DNA from: an uncultured Verrucomicrobiae bacterium
Lineage (GTDB): Bacteria > Chlamydiota > Chlamydiia > Chlamydiales > Rhabdochlamydiaceae
Assembly: GCA_963718565.1 (NCBI GenBank)
Contig: OY970364.1
Span: forward strand, 2,080,001-2,144,000
Length of the DNA: 64,000 nt
Direction of reading: 5' to 3'
Position 1 is the first letter of the stretch. Every line of letters begins with the position of its first letter. This document shows positions 17,100 through 27,164 of this stretch, in pieces. The notes under the pieces are model-generated. The model saw only the letters and a program-made list of their open reading frames with translations, searched no databases and was not told the DNA's origin. The position numbers and the translations under genes were made by a program.

Positions 17100-19673
17100 G
17101 TGTATCCGATGGAAACAAGAATTCAAGCACAAGCAGAAAGTCTGGCACATAAGATCAAGCACTATCTCATTACAACGATGGGCGTCACTCTCGATGAAGC
17201 AACCTCAGAAGAATTCTACCGCGCTTTTGCTTTAACGATTCGCGAAGAGGTCATGATCAACTGGACAGCCTGTATGCATACGTACAAGAGTAAGCAGGCA
17301 AGAATGCTCTACTATCTCTGCATGGAATATATGCCTGGACGATTTTTAGGAAATAACATTACTAACATCCATGCGACAGAACTCGTCAAGCATGTCATGA
17401 AGATGCTGAACCGCAATTTTGAAGAGGAACAGCATTATGAGCCCGATCCTGGTCTTGGCAATGGGGGTTTGGGCAGACTTGCGGCCTGTTTGCTCGATTC
17501 GCTTGCCACGCAGCAATATCCTGCCATTGCCTATGGCCTGCGCTATCAATATGGAATTTTTGATCAGGAAATCTGGAATGGGATGCAAGTGGAACGTCCC
17601 GAAACCTGGCTGCTCCATGAAAACCCCTGGGAATATCGCCGCGATACGCATGCGGCAACGGTCTATTATTCAGGAAGAACATCTCCAAACGTGAATAAAA
17701 AAGGCGTCGAAGTGCTGGACATCGTCGATTATGAAGAGGTGAGAGCGCTTGCTTATGACATTCCGATCATCGGCTACAAAGAGAGTGGGGATTTTAATGT
17801 GAATACTCTGCGCCTTTGGACAACAAAAGAATCTCCTCGCAACTTTCAATTGCAGCGCTTCAATGCGGGGCTTCTTGATCAGGCAGCAGAAAACACTTCT
17901 CTAACCGACGTCCTCTATCCTAATGATAACCACGAAACGGGAAAAAGAATTCGCCTCAAGCAAGAATTCTTGCTCGTTTCTGCTTCTTTGCAAGACATCA
18001 TTCGCCATCATTTTCACAGGTATCCCGATTTAAGTAATTTTGCCGATAAGGTACGCATTCACATCAACGATACCCACCCAGCGCTGACAATTGCGGAGCT
18101 CGTTCGCCTACTTATCCGCGAGCATGATTTTGGATGGGAAGAAGCCTGGGAGGTTGTAAAAACCTGCTGCAATTATACTAACCATACAGTTCTTCAAGAA
18201 TCCTTGGAAGAATGGAACCAAAATCGCATTCACTATCTGCTTCCCAGGCAATATGACATCATTGAACGGCTCAACTTGGAATTTTGCAATGCTGTGCGTA
18301 AAAAATTTCCCAATGATGAAGAAAGAGTGCGCAGAATGTCGGTGATTGAGGGAGGACAAGTCAGAATAGCCAATCTTGCGATATTCGGATCGCGCCGCGT
18401 CAATGGGGTAGCTGCTTTGCACACCGAGATTCTCAAACATGAGATTTTTAAAGATTTTTACGAAATGTTCCCGGATAAGTTTGTCAATGTGACCAACGGG
18501 GTGACTCAGCGGCGCTGGTTGTTGCACATCAATCCCCAACTTGCCCATTTTATTTCCAAGCGGATTGGGAAAGAGTGGATGATTAATTTTCCGCATATTC
18601 AGGAATTGGCAAAGTTTGCTGAAGACCCTGAAAGTCAAAAAGAGTTTTTAGACATTAAACGTGAAAATAAGCGCGCGCTGATCCGATACATTCGCGAAAA
18701 AAATCCCTTACGCGATGCCAAAGGTAAAATCACCGGCCATTACCCAACCCTCGATGAAACAGCTCTTTTCGATGTCCAAGTGAAGAGAATGCACGAATAC
18801 AAGCGGCAGTTCATGAATATTCTCCACACGATCATGCTGTATTTTGAGCTTAAAGCGGATCCCAATGCCCGCAAGATAAAAAGAATGGTCTTGATCGCTG
18901 GCAAAGCAGCTCCAGGCTATGATGTCGCCAAAAATATCATTCACTTCATCTGTTGCGTCGCCCGCAAAATTAACAACGATCCTCAAGTCAACCAAAAACT
19001 CAATGTTGTCTTTATTGAAAACTACAATGTTTCTCGTGCGGAGCTGATCATTCCCGCCGCTGACTTGTCGGAACAGATTTCGACAGCAGGCATGGAAGCT
19101 TCAGGAACGGGAAATATGAAACTTGCTATGAATGGCGCACTTACAATAGGCACCGAAGACGGCGCGAATATCGAAATCCACAACCAGGTCACCGATCGTT
19201 GGTGGCCATTTGGGTTTGGCAATGCCGCTGAAGAAAATGCGCGGCTGCGCGCATCGCAGAGTTATAATCCTTGGGACATCTATATGCATTCGCCAGCAAT
19301 TCACAACGCAGTCGACTCTCTTCGCAACCACACTTTTGCTGAAAGTGATTCCGAGCATCAAATCAACAGCAGCCTCTATCATTATTTACTTGAGAGGCAA
19401 AACGGCAACCAGCCCGACCGTTATTTTGTTTTGAATGACCTGCAAAGCTACTATGACACACAAAAAAAGGTAGAAGAGTTTTATTTAGACCCTGCAAAGT
19501 GGGCGATCTACGCTCTTCATAACATGGCAGCGATGGGAAAATTTTCCGCGGATGAGTCGATACATAATTACGCCAAGAATATCTGGGACATCTCTCCTTG
19601 TAGAGTTGACAAAGAAGAGCTCGAGAGAGTGCGTGCCGAATATAGCGAACATGACAAATGCCGCATTTTATAG
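17100..19673 (+). CDS. glgP: Glycogen/alpha-glucan phosphorylase
   Basis: GLGNGGLGRLAAC, NDTHP, KRMHEYKRQ, EASGTGNMK. Confidence 0.98.
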   Translation: MYPMETRIQAQAESLAHKIKHYLITTMGVTLDEATSEEFYRAFALTIREEVMINWTACMHTYKSKQARMLYYLCMEYMPGRFLGNNITNIHATELVKHVMKMLNRNFEEEQHYEPDPGLGNGGLGRLAACLLDSLATQQYPAIAYGLRYQYGIFDQEIWNGMQVERPETWLLHENPWEYRRDTHAATVYYSGRTSPNVNKKGVEVLDIVDYEEVRALAYDIPIIGYKESGDFNVNTLRLWTTKESPRNFQLQRFNAGLLDQAAENTSLTDVLYPNDNHETGKRIRLKQEFLLVSASLQDIIRHHFHRYPDLSNFADKVRIHINDTHPALTIAELVRLLIREHDFGWEEAWEVVKTCCNYTNHTVLQESLEEWNQNRIHYLLPRQYDIIERLNLEFCNAVRKKFPNDEERVRRMSVIEGGQVRIANLAIFGSRRVNGVAALHTEILKHEIFKDFYEMFPDKFVNVTNGVTQRRWLLHINPQLAHFISKRIGKEWMINFPHIQELAKFAEDPESQKEFLDIKRENKRALIRYIREKNPLRDAKGKITGHYPTLDETALFDVQVKRMHEYKRQFMNILHTIMLYFELKADPNARKIKRMVLIAGKAAPGYDVAKNIIHFICCVARKINNDPQVNQKLNVVFIENYNVSRAELIIPAADLSEQISTAGMEASGTGNMKLAMNGALTIGTEDGANIEIHNQVTDRWWPFGFGNAAEENARLRASQSYNPWDIYMHSPAIHNAVDSLRNHTFAESDSEHQINSSLYHYLLERQNGNQPDRYFVLNDLQSYYDTQKKVEEFYLDPAKWAIYALHNMAAMGKFSADESIHNYAKNIWDISPCRVDKEELERVRAEYSEHDKCRIL

Positions 19674-19696
19674 GGACATCGTGGCTGGCTAATCTT

Positions 19697-19725
19697 ATAC
19701 TGCGCCCTTGGGCATGGCGCAGTAT
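19697..19725. repeat. Minimal family-D hairpin between convergent glgP and NUDIX genes
   Basis: ATACTGCGCC-CTTGGGCAT-GGCGCAGTAT; same termini as 13452-13694. Confidence 0.55.
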
Positions 19726-19800
19726 TTGTTCCAACAAATTTTTTGAATCTTGGCAGTCGGCAAGCTGTCGACATTGTTCTTCATCGATGCCAATACTTGT

Positions 19801-20328
19801 TCATGAGGGGGCCTTAAGTCGAGAAGACTTGTATTCTGAAAAAAAGGCATTTGCTGGAAGAAACAGCGGACTTGGTAACGCATCTACACAAAACCATTGC
19901 CACTCTTCACATTTCTGGGGTTCGAGCAATTCAGGTTCTCCTTCAAATTGATCGACTACAGCAAAAAAAGTGATGTAGTGTTTATTCCCATCAATGACAT
20001 CATTGCTCCAAGCGCCAGTCTGAACGGAAAGTGCTTGAAGGCCTGTTTCTTCACTCAGCTCTCGTTTTGCACAATCCTCAATAGATTCTCCGAATTCAAG
20101 ATGTCCGCCAGGAGGAGCCCAATCACCTATACCATGGGCACCTTTTCGCTTACCGAGGAGAACTTTGCCTTCTTTAAAAACAAACACTCCAACGCCAACC
20201 ATCGGCTTTGTCTTCTCAGCTTGAATTTCTATTGCAATTCCATGGACCTCGATTGCAGCATCTATTACCTGCTCTGTCAATCTGTTTTCAATTTTCTCCG
20301 CGTCTCTGCGGCTCCGCGTTGATCCCAT
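19801..20328 (-). CDS. NUDIX hydrolase (NUDT15/MutT-like); start uncertain
   Basis: GGHLEFGESIEDCAKRELSEETGL Nudix box, EPQKCEEWQW. Confidence 0.9.
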   Translation of the reverse strand: MGSTRSRRDAEKIENRLTEQVIDAAIEVHGIAIEIQAEKTKPMVGVGVFVFKEGKVLLGKRKGAHGIGDWAPPGGHLEFGESIEDCAKRELSEETGLQALSVQTGAWSNDVIDGNKHYITFFAVVDQFEGEPELLEPQKCEEWQWFCVDALPSPLFLPANAFFSEYKSSRLKAPS

Positions 20329-20369
20329 CCGTCGTGCTCATGTAGTCTTTAAACATATGTCACAAGAAG

Positions 20370-21257
20370 CTAATTTGTCATTGGCGCCCCGACAGGTCTG
20401 AACTTATCCCTGACACGGCTCCTGAAAGATTGGCCTAATATTGAATCATCATCAGAAATGGGTAATTCAGTGTTATCATTTAAAAGTTCTGGCATCATTG
20501 TGGTGTCGTCGGTAGATGAACCCTCTTGCAGGCCCCATTTGTCGAGAAGTTTAAAGTAAGAGCCGTCTTTTTTCATCCGAGCAAGCCCCTCATTGAATCC
20601 TTTGATGAGATCGGGCGCTGCCTGATGTTTTGTGATTAATCTTAAGCCTTCATCGTTAAGGGGTCCTGTTACAATTTTAAGTTCTCCCTGATAGAGATCT
20701 CGGCAATAAGCCACTGCAGAGAGAATGTCGATCATTGCTCCATCCACAGTGCCAATAAGAACATCATTGAGAGCTCTGGGAATCGAGTCATAGTCGCGGA
20801 TCAAAACGCCCTGGCTTTTTTCCAAAATCAGAGTGCTGGTAGAGTCGGAGATGACAGCGATTTCTTTTCCGTTCAAATCGTCTAAAGAATGGATTTTTGA
20901 TGGGACGGGAACGATAAGGACAGGCCCTAAGGGCAGGTAGATATCGGAAAAGTCGAACAATGATTTGTTAAAGATGTAAGGAGGCATCGACGAGAGAATC
21001 GCTTCGTATTTCTCTTTTTGCAATCCTTCCATGAGATCATTCCAGTTAACACCGACTTTGACGAAAGGAATCTTTTCCACTTTGCCAATTTCTGTGAGAA
21101 GTTCTGTAGAAAAGGCCGTCACATTGTTATCTCGATTGCCAAAGTCGAGAGGGAACCAATAGGAATCGATGGCAACACGGCGTCCGCCATTCGAACCTTT
21201 ACTGCAACCCAGAAGAGTCAGCAGGATCAAAATCAACAGTGAAGAAATCGTTTTCAT
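20370..21257 (-). CDS. Amino-acid ABC transporter substrate-binding lipoprotein (SBP family 3)
   Basis: Lipobox LLGC, FDFSDIY, DLNGKEIAV, KDGSYFKLLDKW. Confidence 0.8.
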   Translation of the reverse strand: MKTISSLLILILLTLLGCSKGSNGGRRVAIDSYWFPLDFGNRDNNVTAFSTELLTEIGKVEKIPFVKVGVNWNDLMEGLQKEKYEAILSSMPPYIFNKSLFDFSDIYLPLGPVLIVPVPSKIHSLDDLNGKEIAVISDSTSTLILEKSQGVLIRDYDSIPRALNDVLIGTVDGAMIDILSAVAYCRDLYQGELKIVTGPLNDEGLRLITKHQAAPDLIKGFNEGLARMKKDGSYFKLLDKWGLQEGSSTDDTTMMPELLNDNTELPISDDDSILGQSFRSRVRDKFRPVGAPMTN

Positions 21258-21332
21258 ATGTCCATTATATATCAAACTAATGTCTAAAAAGGTATGATTT
21301 TGGTCGTTCGAGATTTCTTTTTAGAGTTTGCT

Positions 21333-22322
21333 ATGGAGAAAAGAGCTTATCTGCTCGTCAATTTTGGCGGACCTCGCGACTTAAATGAAATAGAGCAATT
21401 TTTAATCGAGCTGCTCACAGACCAGGAAGTTCTGCGTACTCCATTTCCAGCTTTTCTACATCGGGTATTGTTTACGCGAGTGGCAAAAAAAAGAACAAAA
21501 AAAGTGACACCCGATTATGTATCGATTGGAGGAAAATCGCCCATTTTCGAGGATACGGAAGCCATTGCTGAAAAGTTAAGCCAAAAAATTGGCAGCGAGG
21601 TGATGGTCTTTCATCGTTATTTGCCAAAGACTCATGCTCAATTCATCGAGAAAATGGAGACCTTGCGCGGTGTTGAAAAGATCCGCGTCTTTCCCATGTT
21701 CCCTCAGTTCAGTTACGCGACAACGGGAAGCATTGCACTGTGGTTTAAAGTCCATTTATCTTCTTCAATTGTCACTAAATTGTCTTGGATCAAGTCCTAT
21801 CCCGATGAACCTTCTTACATCCATGTTTTTGAAAAGTGCCTGCGAGATTTTATTTTAGAAAAAGAGCTAAAGGAAGAAGAAACTGCCCTGCTTTTTTCAG
21901 CACATGGCCTTCCCCAAGCATTCATCGATACTGGCGATACGTATGAAAGCGAATGCCAACTGACTTTCGCGCAATTGAAAAAACATTTCCCTAAAGCCCT
22001 GTCCACATTGAGTTATCAATCTCAATTTGGAAAAGAGGAATGGATCCGTCCTTATACGGCGGAGGCTTGTGAGACAGTTGTTGAGTGGGGAATGGGAAGA
22101 AAAAATTGCGTGGTCGTGCCTTTGAGTTTCACATCCGATCACATTGAAACTCTCTATGAGATTCAAGAATTATACCTTCCTTTGATTCGCAAAGCTGGAA
22201 TACAGGCCTACCGCTGTCCCGCGCTCAATCGGCGGGAGGAGTGGATCGAGTCGATTGCCGAGCTTCTCTTAGGAGGCCGAGAAATGAAGAACTCCACGCT
22301 GGTCCGAAAGAAATCAGGTTAG
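21333..22322 (+). CDS. hemH: Ferrochelatase
   Basis: LLVNFGGP, GGKSP, FSAHGLP, YQSQFG, FTSDHIETLYE. Confidence 0.95.
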   Translation: MEKRAYLLVNFGGPRDLNEIEQFLIELLTDQEVLRTPFPAFLHRVLFTRVAKKRTKKVTPDYVSIGGKSPIFEDTEAIAEKLSQKIGSEVMVFHRYLPKTHAQFIEKMETLRGVEKIRVFPMFPQFSYATTGSIALWFKVHLSSSIVTKLSWIKSYPDEPSYIHVFEKCLRDFILEKELKEEETALLFSAHGLPQAFIDTGDTYESECQLTFAQLKKHFPKALSTLSYQSQFGKEEWIRPYTAEACETVVEWGMGRKNCVVVPLSFTSDHIETLYEIQELYLPLIRKAGIQAYRCPALNRREEWIESIAELLLGGREMKNSTLVRKKSG

Positions 22323-23741
22323 AAAAATAGCGCGCAGCGCATAAAAGAGGAGAATGCTCATTATAGCGCTTGCGGGAATCGTGATGATCCAGGAAAGAAT
22401 GATGTCGCGAAGCATATTGAGGTTCAATGCCCGCATGCCGCGCGCTAGCCCCACTCCTAAAACAGCGCCGACAAGGCAATGCGTCGTGGAGATCGGTAAT
22501 CCAAGTTTAGAAGCGATCAAAATCGTTGTTGCAGCGCCGAATTCAGCGCAGAAGCCGCGTGTCGGTGTGAGTTCCGTAATTTTTTTGCCAATGGTTTCGA
22601 TGACGCGCCAACCCCAGGTCGCCAGGCCGACGACAATGCCAAGCCCCCCGAATGCTAATAACCAAGGAGGAATTGTAGCGACATCAGAGATGACCCCATT
22701 TTTAATCACATCAAGGACGGCGGCGACAGGTCCAATTGCGTTGGCAACATCATTAGCGCCATGAGCGAATGCGACGAAGCATGCGCTTAAAATCTGAAGA
22801 TAAACGAACATTTTTTCGACAGAGCGGTATTCCGAAGTGCGCTCAGAAAAACTTGTTTCTTGGCGCATTTGATTCGAGAGTTTGCGTACTTCATCGAGAA
22901 GATGACCGACTTTATCGTGGGTGGCATCAAAGGAGGCGACTTGGACGCGTTGCAAATGCTTGATCGCCTTTTCCAGGCTGACAACTGTTTGTGGAAGATA
23001 ACGCGAAGGAGGACGAGTATCGATTTCAGGAAGAGGAATTCGGCGGACAAATAGATAGGCAATCGCACTTGCGGCAATTCCGATAAAAATAGAAATGCCC
23101 AAGGCCTCAGGGAAAGAAATACTAAGGTCAAGGTTTTGCAGTCCATTAAAGATTAAACTGAGTGTAAATGTGCTAAAGACAATAAAGACGAGGAGCGGGA
23201 TAAACTTTTTGGTCGCCTCTGTGGGATTCATCGCGTAGAGAATGTTGCGTTGCAAAATACTGAAAACCAGATAGGAAATAATCGCTGAGATTACAGGCGA
23301 GATAATCCAGCTTAAAGCAATAGATCCTACCTCGGACCAGTGGATCGCATCGATACCGCCGATGAGTGCGCCAAATCCTAAAATTGCGCCAACAATGGCA
23401 TGAGTCGTTGACACCGGCCAGCCAAAATAGGAAGCAATCTGGAGCCAAATGCTCGTTCCAAGCAGAGCTGCGCACATGCCCAAAATAAGAATTAGCGGCT
23501 CTGTGATAAACATGTCCGTATCGATCAGCCCGCGCTGCATCGTTTCAGACACGTTGGCTCCGACGAAAAAAGCGCCGCTGAATTCAAGGATCGCAGCTAC
23601 GAACACAGCCTTTTTCAAGGTTAAAGCACCGGAACCGACTGAAGTGCCCATCGCGTTGGATACGTCATTGGCGCCGATATTCCACGCCATGTAGAAGCCA
23701 ACGGCGAGTACTAGAAATTTTAAAATGACTTCGATTTCCAT
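22314..23741 (-). CDS. pit: Inorganic phosphate transporter (PiT family)
   Basis: Two GANDV(S/A)NA motifs, PVSTTH / PISTTH. Confidence 0.95.
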   Translation of the reverse strand: MEIEVILKFLVLAVGFYMAWNIGANDVSNAMGTSVGSGALTLKKAVFVAAILEFSGAFFVGANVSETMQRGLIDTDMFITEPLILILGMCAALLGTSIWLQIASYFGWPVSTTHAIVGAILGFGALIGGIDAIHWSEVGSIALSWIISPVISAIISYLVFSILQRNILYAMNPTEATKKFIPLLVFIVFSTFTLSLIFNGLQNLDLSISFPEALGISIFIGIAASAIAYLFVRRIPLPEIDTRPPSRYLPQTVVSLEKAIKHLQRVQVASFDATHDKVGHLLDEVRKLSNQMRQETSFSERTSEYRSVEKMFVYLQILSACFVAFAHGANDVANAIGPVAAVLDVIKNGVISDVATIPPWLLAFGGLGIVVGLATWGWRVIETIGKKITELTPTRGFCAEFGAATTILIASKLGLPISTTHCLVGAVLGVGLARGMRALNLNMLRDIILSWIITIPASAIMSILLFYALRAIFLT

Positions 23742-23749
23742 TCCTTAGA

Positions 23750-24424
23750 CTATTTTAATTCCAAAATCATACGAATGCGGTTAGCAAGCCGTTCGGAAAG
23801 ATGGGAAATCGCACCCACTTCTTCGATGAGGTGCATCCAAAGAAAAAATGCTGGGATGCTTAAGGCTTCCCCGTATGTGAAAAGCTGTTTCATGAGAAGC
23901 TGCCGCATTTTATCCGCTTCGTGTTCTTTATAAGCTGTCTGTTCAACCATGGACTTGACTTTTTCCGCTTCGATGCCACCGAAGGAAGACTCCAACAATT
24001 CATCGATCTCTTCGATAATTTGTTTAGCATCGAGAAAAACAAGTTCAACTTTGCGAAAGAAAGCAATCAAGTCTTCAATAAAATTGCGAAAACTTTCTAA
24101 AGGGCGCAAAGTAAGGAGGTTGCCGACGTCTTCAGCTTTGTCGGCAATGCTGTCCTGAACGGCAAGAATTTCGAGAAAGTGTGCCCGGTCAATGGGAAGA
24201 AATAGACTTTTAGGTAAATGGTTCCGGATATCATTTTTCGTTAAGTCAGCCTCGTGTTCCATCCGCGAAAGATCGGCGACGAGCTTTTCAATTTTTTCCA
24301 TGTCCATTTTGGAAAGGGCATTGAAAATATCAGAAAGCCTTTCGACGCAAAGAGCGACTTTTTTCATATGACTTTGCAGCGGAGCAAACGGGGACTTTCC
24401 AAAGAGTCTCGCGATGTTGAGCAT
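23750..24424 (-). CDS. DUF47 / PhoU-like phosphate transport regulator (TIGR00153-like)
   Basis: LFGKSPF, two EHEAD motifs; adjacent to pit. Confidence 0.9.
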   Translation of the reverse strand: MLNIARLFGKSPFAPLQSHMKKVALCVERLSDIFNALSKMDMEKIEKLVADLSRMEHEADLTKNDIRNHLPKSLFLPIDRAHFLEILAVQDSIADKAEDVGNLLTLRPLESFRNFIEDLIAFFRKVELVFLDAKQIIEEIDELLESSFGGIEAEKVKSMVEQTAYKEHEADKMRQLLMKQLFTYGEALSIPAFFLWMHLIEEVGAISHLSERLANRIRMILELK

Positions 24425-24510
24425 ATGTGCAGTCTGACGAACCAATAAATGGAATAAAGGCCATTCTAGGCAGTCGCCTTAAACTATGCAAGAGTTGAAT
24501 TCTTGTGCCA

Positions 24511-25221
24511 TTACCCTTTTTGGAAGATCACTTTTTTTTCAGTCTCTGTCATCTCGCGAAATGTCCCTTCAGGGGTAGGCCCAAGGCGCAAGCCCCCAAT
24601 GCGGATTCGAGAGAGTTCTAAGATGTCAAGGCCTGCATTTTGCACGAGCAAGCGCACTTCGCGTTTTTTGCCTTCTTTAACGACAACTTTCAATGTTCCT
24701 TTACGGACTTTTTCCGCTTTGACAGGCTTGATCCAACTTTCTTCGATATACGTGCCTTTTGAGATGGCCTTGAGATGCACATCTGTGATCTCCTGCGTTG
24801 TTTTTATGAGATATTCTTTGACGATATTCGAAGAAGGATGGATCACCTTATTGGCAAAGTGCCCATCATTGGTGACGAGAAGAAGACCTGTAGTGTCACG
24901 GTCAAGTCTTCCCACAGTGAAAAGGCGCATATTGAGATGGGCAAAAAGATCGATGACCAGTTTTTTCGTCCCAATGCGTGTATTCGAGCACACAAACCCG
25001 TGAGGTTTATTTAAGATGTAGTAAACCTTTTTCTCCTCACCTTTAATCGGTTCGTTGTCGACCAAAATGAGATCAGAGTCCCAGTCGACGAGGGCTTGGG
25101 GAACTTTTTCAACAGTCCCATTGACTTTGACCCTGCCTTCAAAAATAAGTTTTTCAGCTGCGCGGCGCGAGGCCACACCTGCAGCAGCGAGTGCTTTGCT
25201 TAATCTTTTTTTCTTTTCCAT
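24511..25221 (-). CDS. rluB: rRNA pseudouridine synthase (RsuA/RluB family)
   Basis: S4 domain GVASRRAAE, VGRLDRDTTGLLL. Confidence 0.88.
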   Translation of the reverse strand: MEKKKRLSKALAAAGVASRRAAEKLIFEGRVKVNGTVEKVPQALVDWDSDLILVDNEPIKGEEKKVYYILNKPHGFVCSNTRIGTKKLVIDLFAHLNMRLFTVGRLDRDTTGLLLVTNDGHFANKVIHPSSNIVKEYLIKTTQEITDVHLKAISKGTYIEESWIKPVKAEKVRKGTLKVVVKEGKKREVRLLVQNAGLDILELSRIRIGGLRLGPTPEGTFREMTETEKKVIFQKG

Positions 25222-25327
25222 GGGGGAGATTTTATCTCAGAAGCTCTATAAACACAATGTTTTAAAATTTTTATTTGGTTTTATATTTTCTCATAGGAAT
25301 GTTACACTTGAATTCAAAAGGCTATCT

Positions 25328-26014
25328 ATGAAATCTGCAAAATTAATCATGATGCGGCACGGGGAATCCGAATGGAACCGGCAAAACCTTTTTACTGGAT
25401 GGGTGGATATCCCTTTAAGCGCGAAAGGGGTAGAAGAAGCGATCGCAGGCGGAAAAAAGATTGCGCACGTTCCGATCGACGTGATTTTTACCTCTTCGCT
25501 GATTCGAGCCCAAATGACCGTAACGCTCGCGATGATGAATCACTCCAGTCGCAAAGTGCCCTGTGTCCAACATCCTCGTGAAGGAAAGCTTGAAGAGTGG
25601 GCAAAGATCTATAGCGAAACTGCACAAGAAAGCGTGATCCCTGTTTTTAACGCTTGGGAATTGAATGAGAGAATGTATGGTCGTTTGCAGGGCATGAATA
25701 AACAAGAAATGCGGGAAAAATTTGGGGCCGAACAAGTCCACATTTGGCGCCGTAGTTTTGATGAAGCGCCGCCGGAAGGAGAAAGTCTTGCCATGACAGC
25801 AGCGCGGTCCATTCCTTATTTCAAGGAAAGAATCATGCCGCTGTTGAAAGAGGGAAAAAATGTCTTCATTGCAGCGCACGGCAATTCCTTGCGCTCGATT
25901 GTGATGTTTCTCGATAGCTTGACAAAAGATCAAGTTGTTCATTTGGAACTTGCTACTGGAGAACCCCTTCTCTACACATTTGCCGATGATACTTGGAGCA
26001 AGGATGGTCAGTAA
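25328..26014 (+). CDS. gpmA: 2,3-bisphosphoglycerate-dependent phosphoglycerate mutase
   Basis: RHGESEWN, LNERMYG, AHGNSLR. Confidence 0.96.
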   Translation: MKSAKLIMMRHGESEWNRQNLFTGWVDIPLSAKGVEEAIAGGKKIAHVPIDVIFTSSLIRAQMTVTLAMMNHSSRKVPCVQHPREGKLEEWAKIYSETAQESVIPVFNAWELNERMYGRLQGMNKQEMREKFGAEQVHIWRRSFDEAPPEGESLAMTAARSIPYFKERIMPLLKEGKNVFIAAHGNSLRSIVMFLDSLTKDQVVHLELATGEPLLYTFADDTWSKDGQ

Positions 26015-27164
26015 GGCTTATCTCGATCATCATACCGCGACGCGTCCTTTATCTTCTTCCATTGAGGCCATGCTTCCCTTTTTCCGCGAGCATTGGGGCT
26101 CGATCACTGCTCCGCACCAGATGGGTCAAGAGCTTTTTCCTGCTTTGCATCGAAGCTTAAGCTCCATTGTGGGTCTCCTTGGAGCAAAAGATAAAGATAG
26201 GTTTTATTTTTTTTCTTCAAGTGGCGAGGCGATTGCCCAACTCTATCAATCGCATTATTTTGATCATATTCGCGATACCGGCAAAAACCATATCGTAACG
26301 ACAAGCATTGAAGAGGCCCCTACTTTGATCTCTTTAAAACGTCTCGAAGAATTGGGATGTGTAGGAAAAACCCTTCCCGTCAATGCACAAGGACAGCTGA
26401 CTAAAGAGGCATTAGACGAAGCGCTGCGGCCACGGACTTCCTTAGTTTCGATCTCATGGGCAAATGGACTGACAGGCGTCATCCATCCAATCATGGATTT
26501 AGCCGAAGCCTGCCATGCGAAAGATGTGCGCTTGCATGTCGATGCCAGTTATGTGATCGGAAAGATCTATTTTCGTTTTGAGGATTTAGACATCGATTTT
26601 TTGACATTCGAAGGAAGTGTATTGCATGCTCCTAAGGGCACTGCAGGCTTAATCGTCAAAGATAAAACACTCTTTTCCCATACAATCTCTTTCATGATGG
26701 GAACACCTCTCGGACAAGTTGCCGCCTTGGCCCAATCCTTAGACGAGGTCAATGCGATGTTCGACCACCTCTGCTTGGAAACTGCTCGGCTTCGCGATAA
26801 ATTGGAAAGAGGAGTCCAAAAAGGCTTTCCTGAAGCCATTGTCTTATTCCAAAAAGTGGAAAGGCTGCCTAATTGTTGCGCGATTGCTTTTCCTGGGATT
26901 GTCGCTGACGCTCTTTTATTTTTACTGAATAGCAAAGGGGTCTACGCTTCCCTAGGAGGCGGACACTGTCAAAAACTTTCTCATATTCTCATGGCATGCG
27001 GCATGGATAAGACCCTAGCCCAATGCGCACTCAGTTTTAGCCTTTCTTTTGAAACCACAGAGGAAGAGATCGACTACGCGATCAAAACCATTAGCGAGTG
27101 TGCGCATCAATTGCAAGAGTTGAGTCATCATTTGTTAAGACACCCTCCAAAGGAACGCTCATGA
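26004..27164 (+). CDS. NifS/IscS-like class V aminotransferase-fold protein (degenerate PLP site)
   Basis: YLDHHTAT, ANGLTGVI, HVDA, PKG; canonical PLP lysine absent; upstream of nifU-like gene. Confidence 0.8.
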   Translation: MVSKAYLDHHTATRPLSSSIEAMLPFFREHWGSITAPHQMGQELFPALHRSLSSIVGLLGAKDKDRFYFFSSSGEAIAQLYQSHYFDHIRDTGKNHIVTTSIEEAPTLISLKRLEELGCVGKTLPVNAQGQLTKEALDEALRPRTSLVSISWANGLTGVIHPIMDLAEACHAKDVRLHVDASYVIGKIYFRFEDLDIDFLTFEGSVLHAPKGTAGLIVKDKTLFSHTISFMMGTPLGQVAALAQSLDEVNAMFDHLCLETARLRDKLERGVQKGFPEAIVLFQKVERLPNCCAIAFPGIVADALLFLLNSKGVYASLGGGHCQKLSHILMACGMDKTLAQCALSFSLSFETTEEEIDYAIKTISECAHQLQELSHHLLRHPPKERS

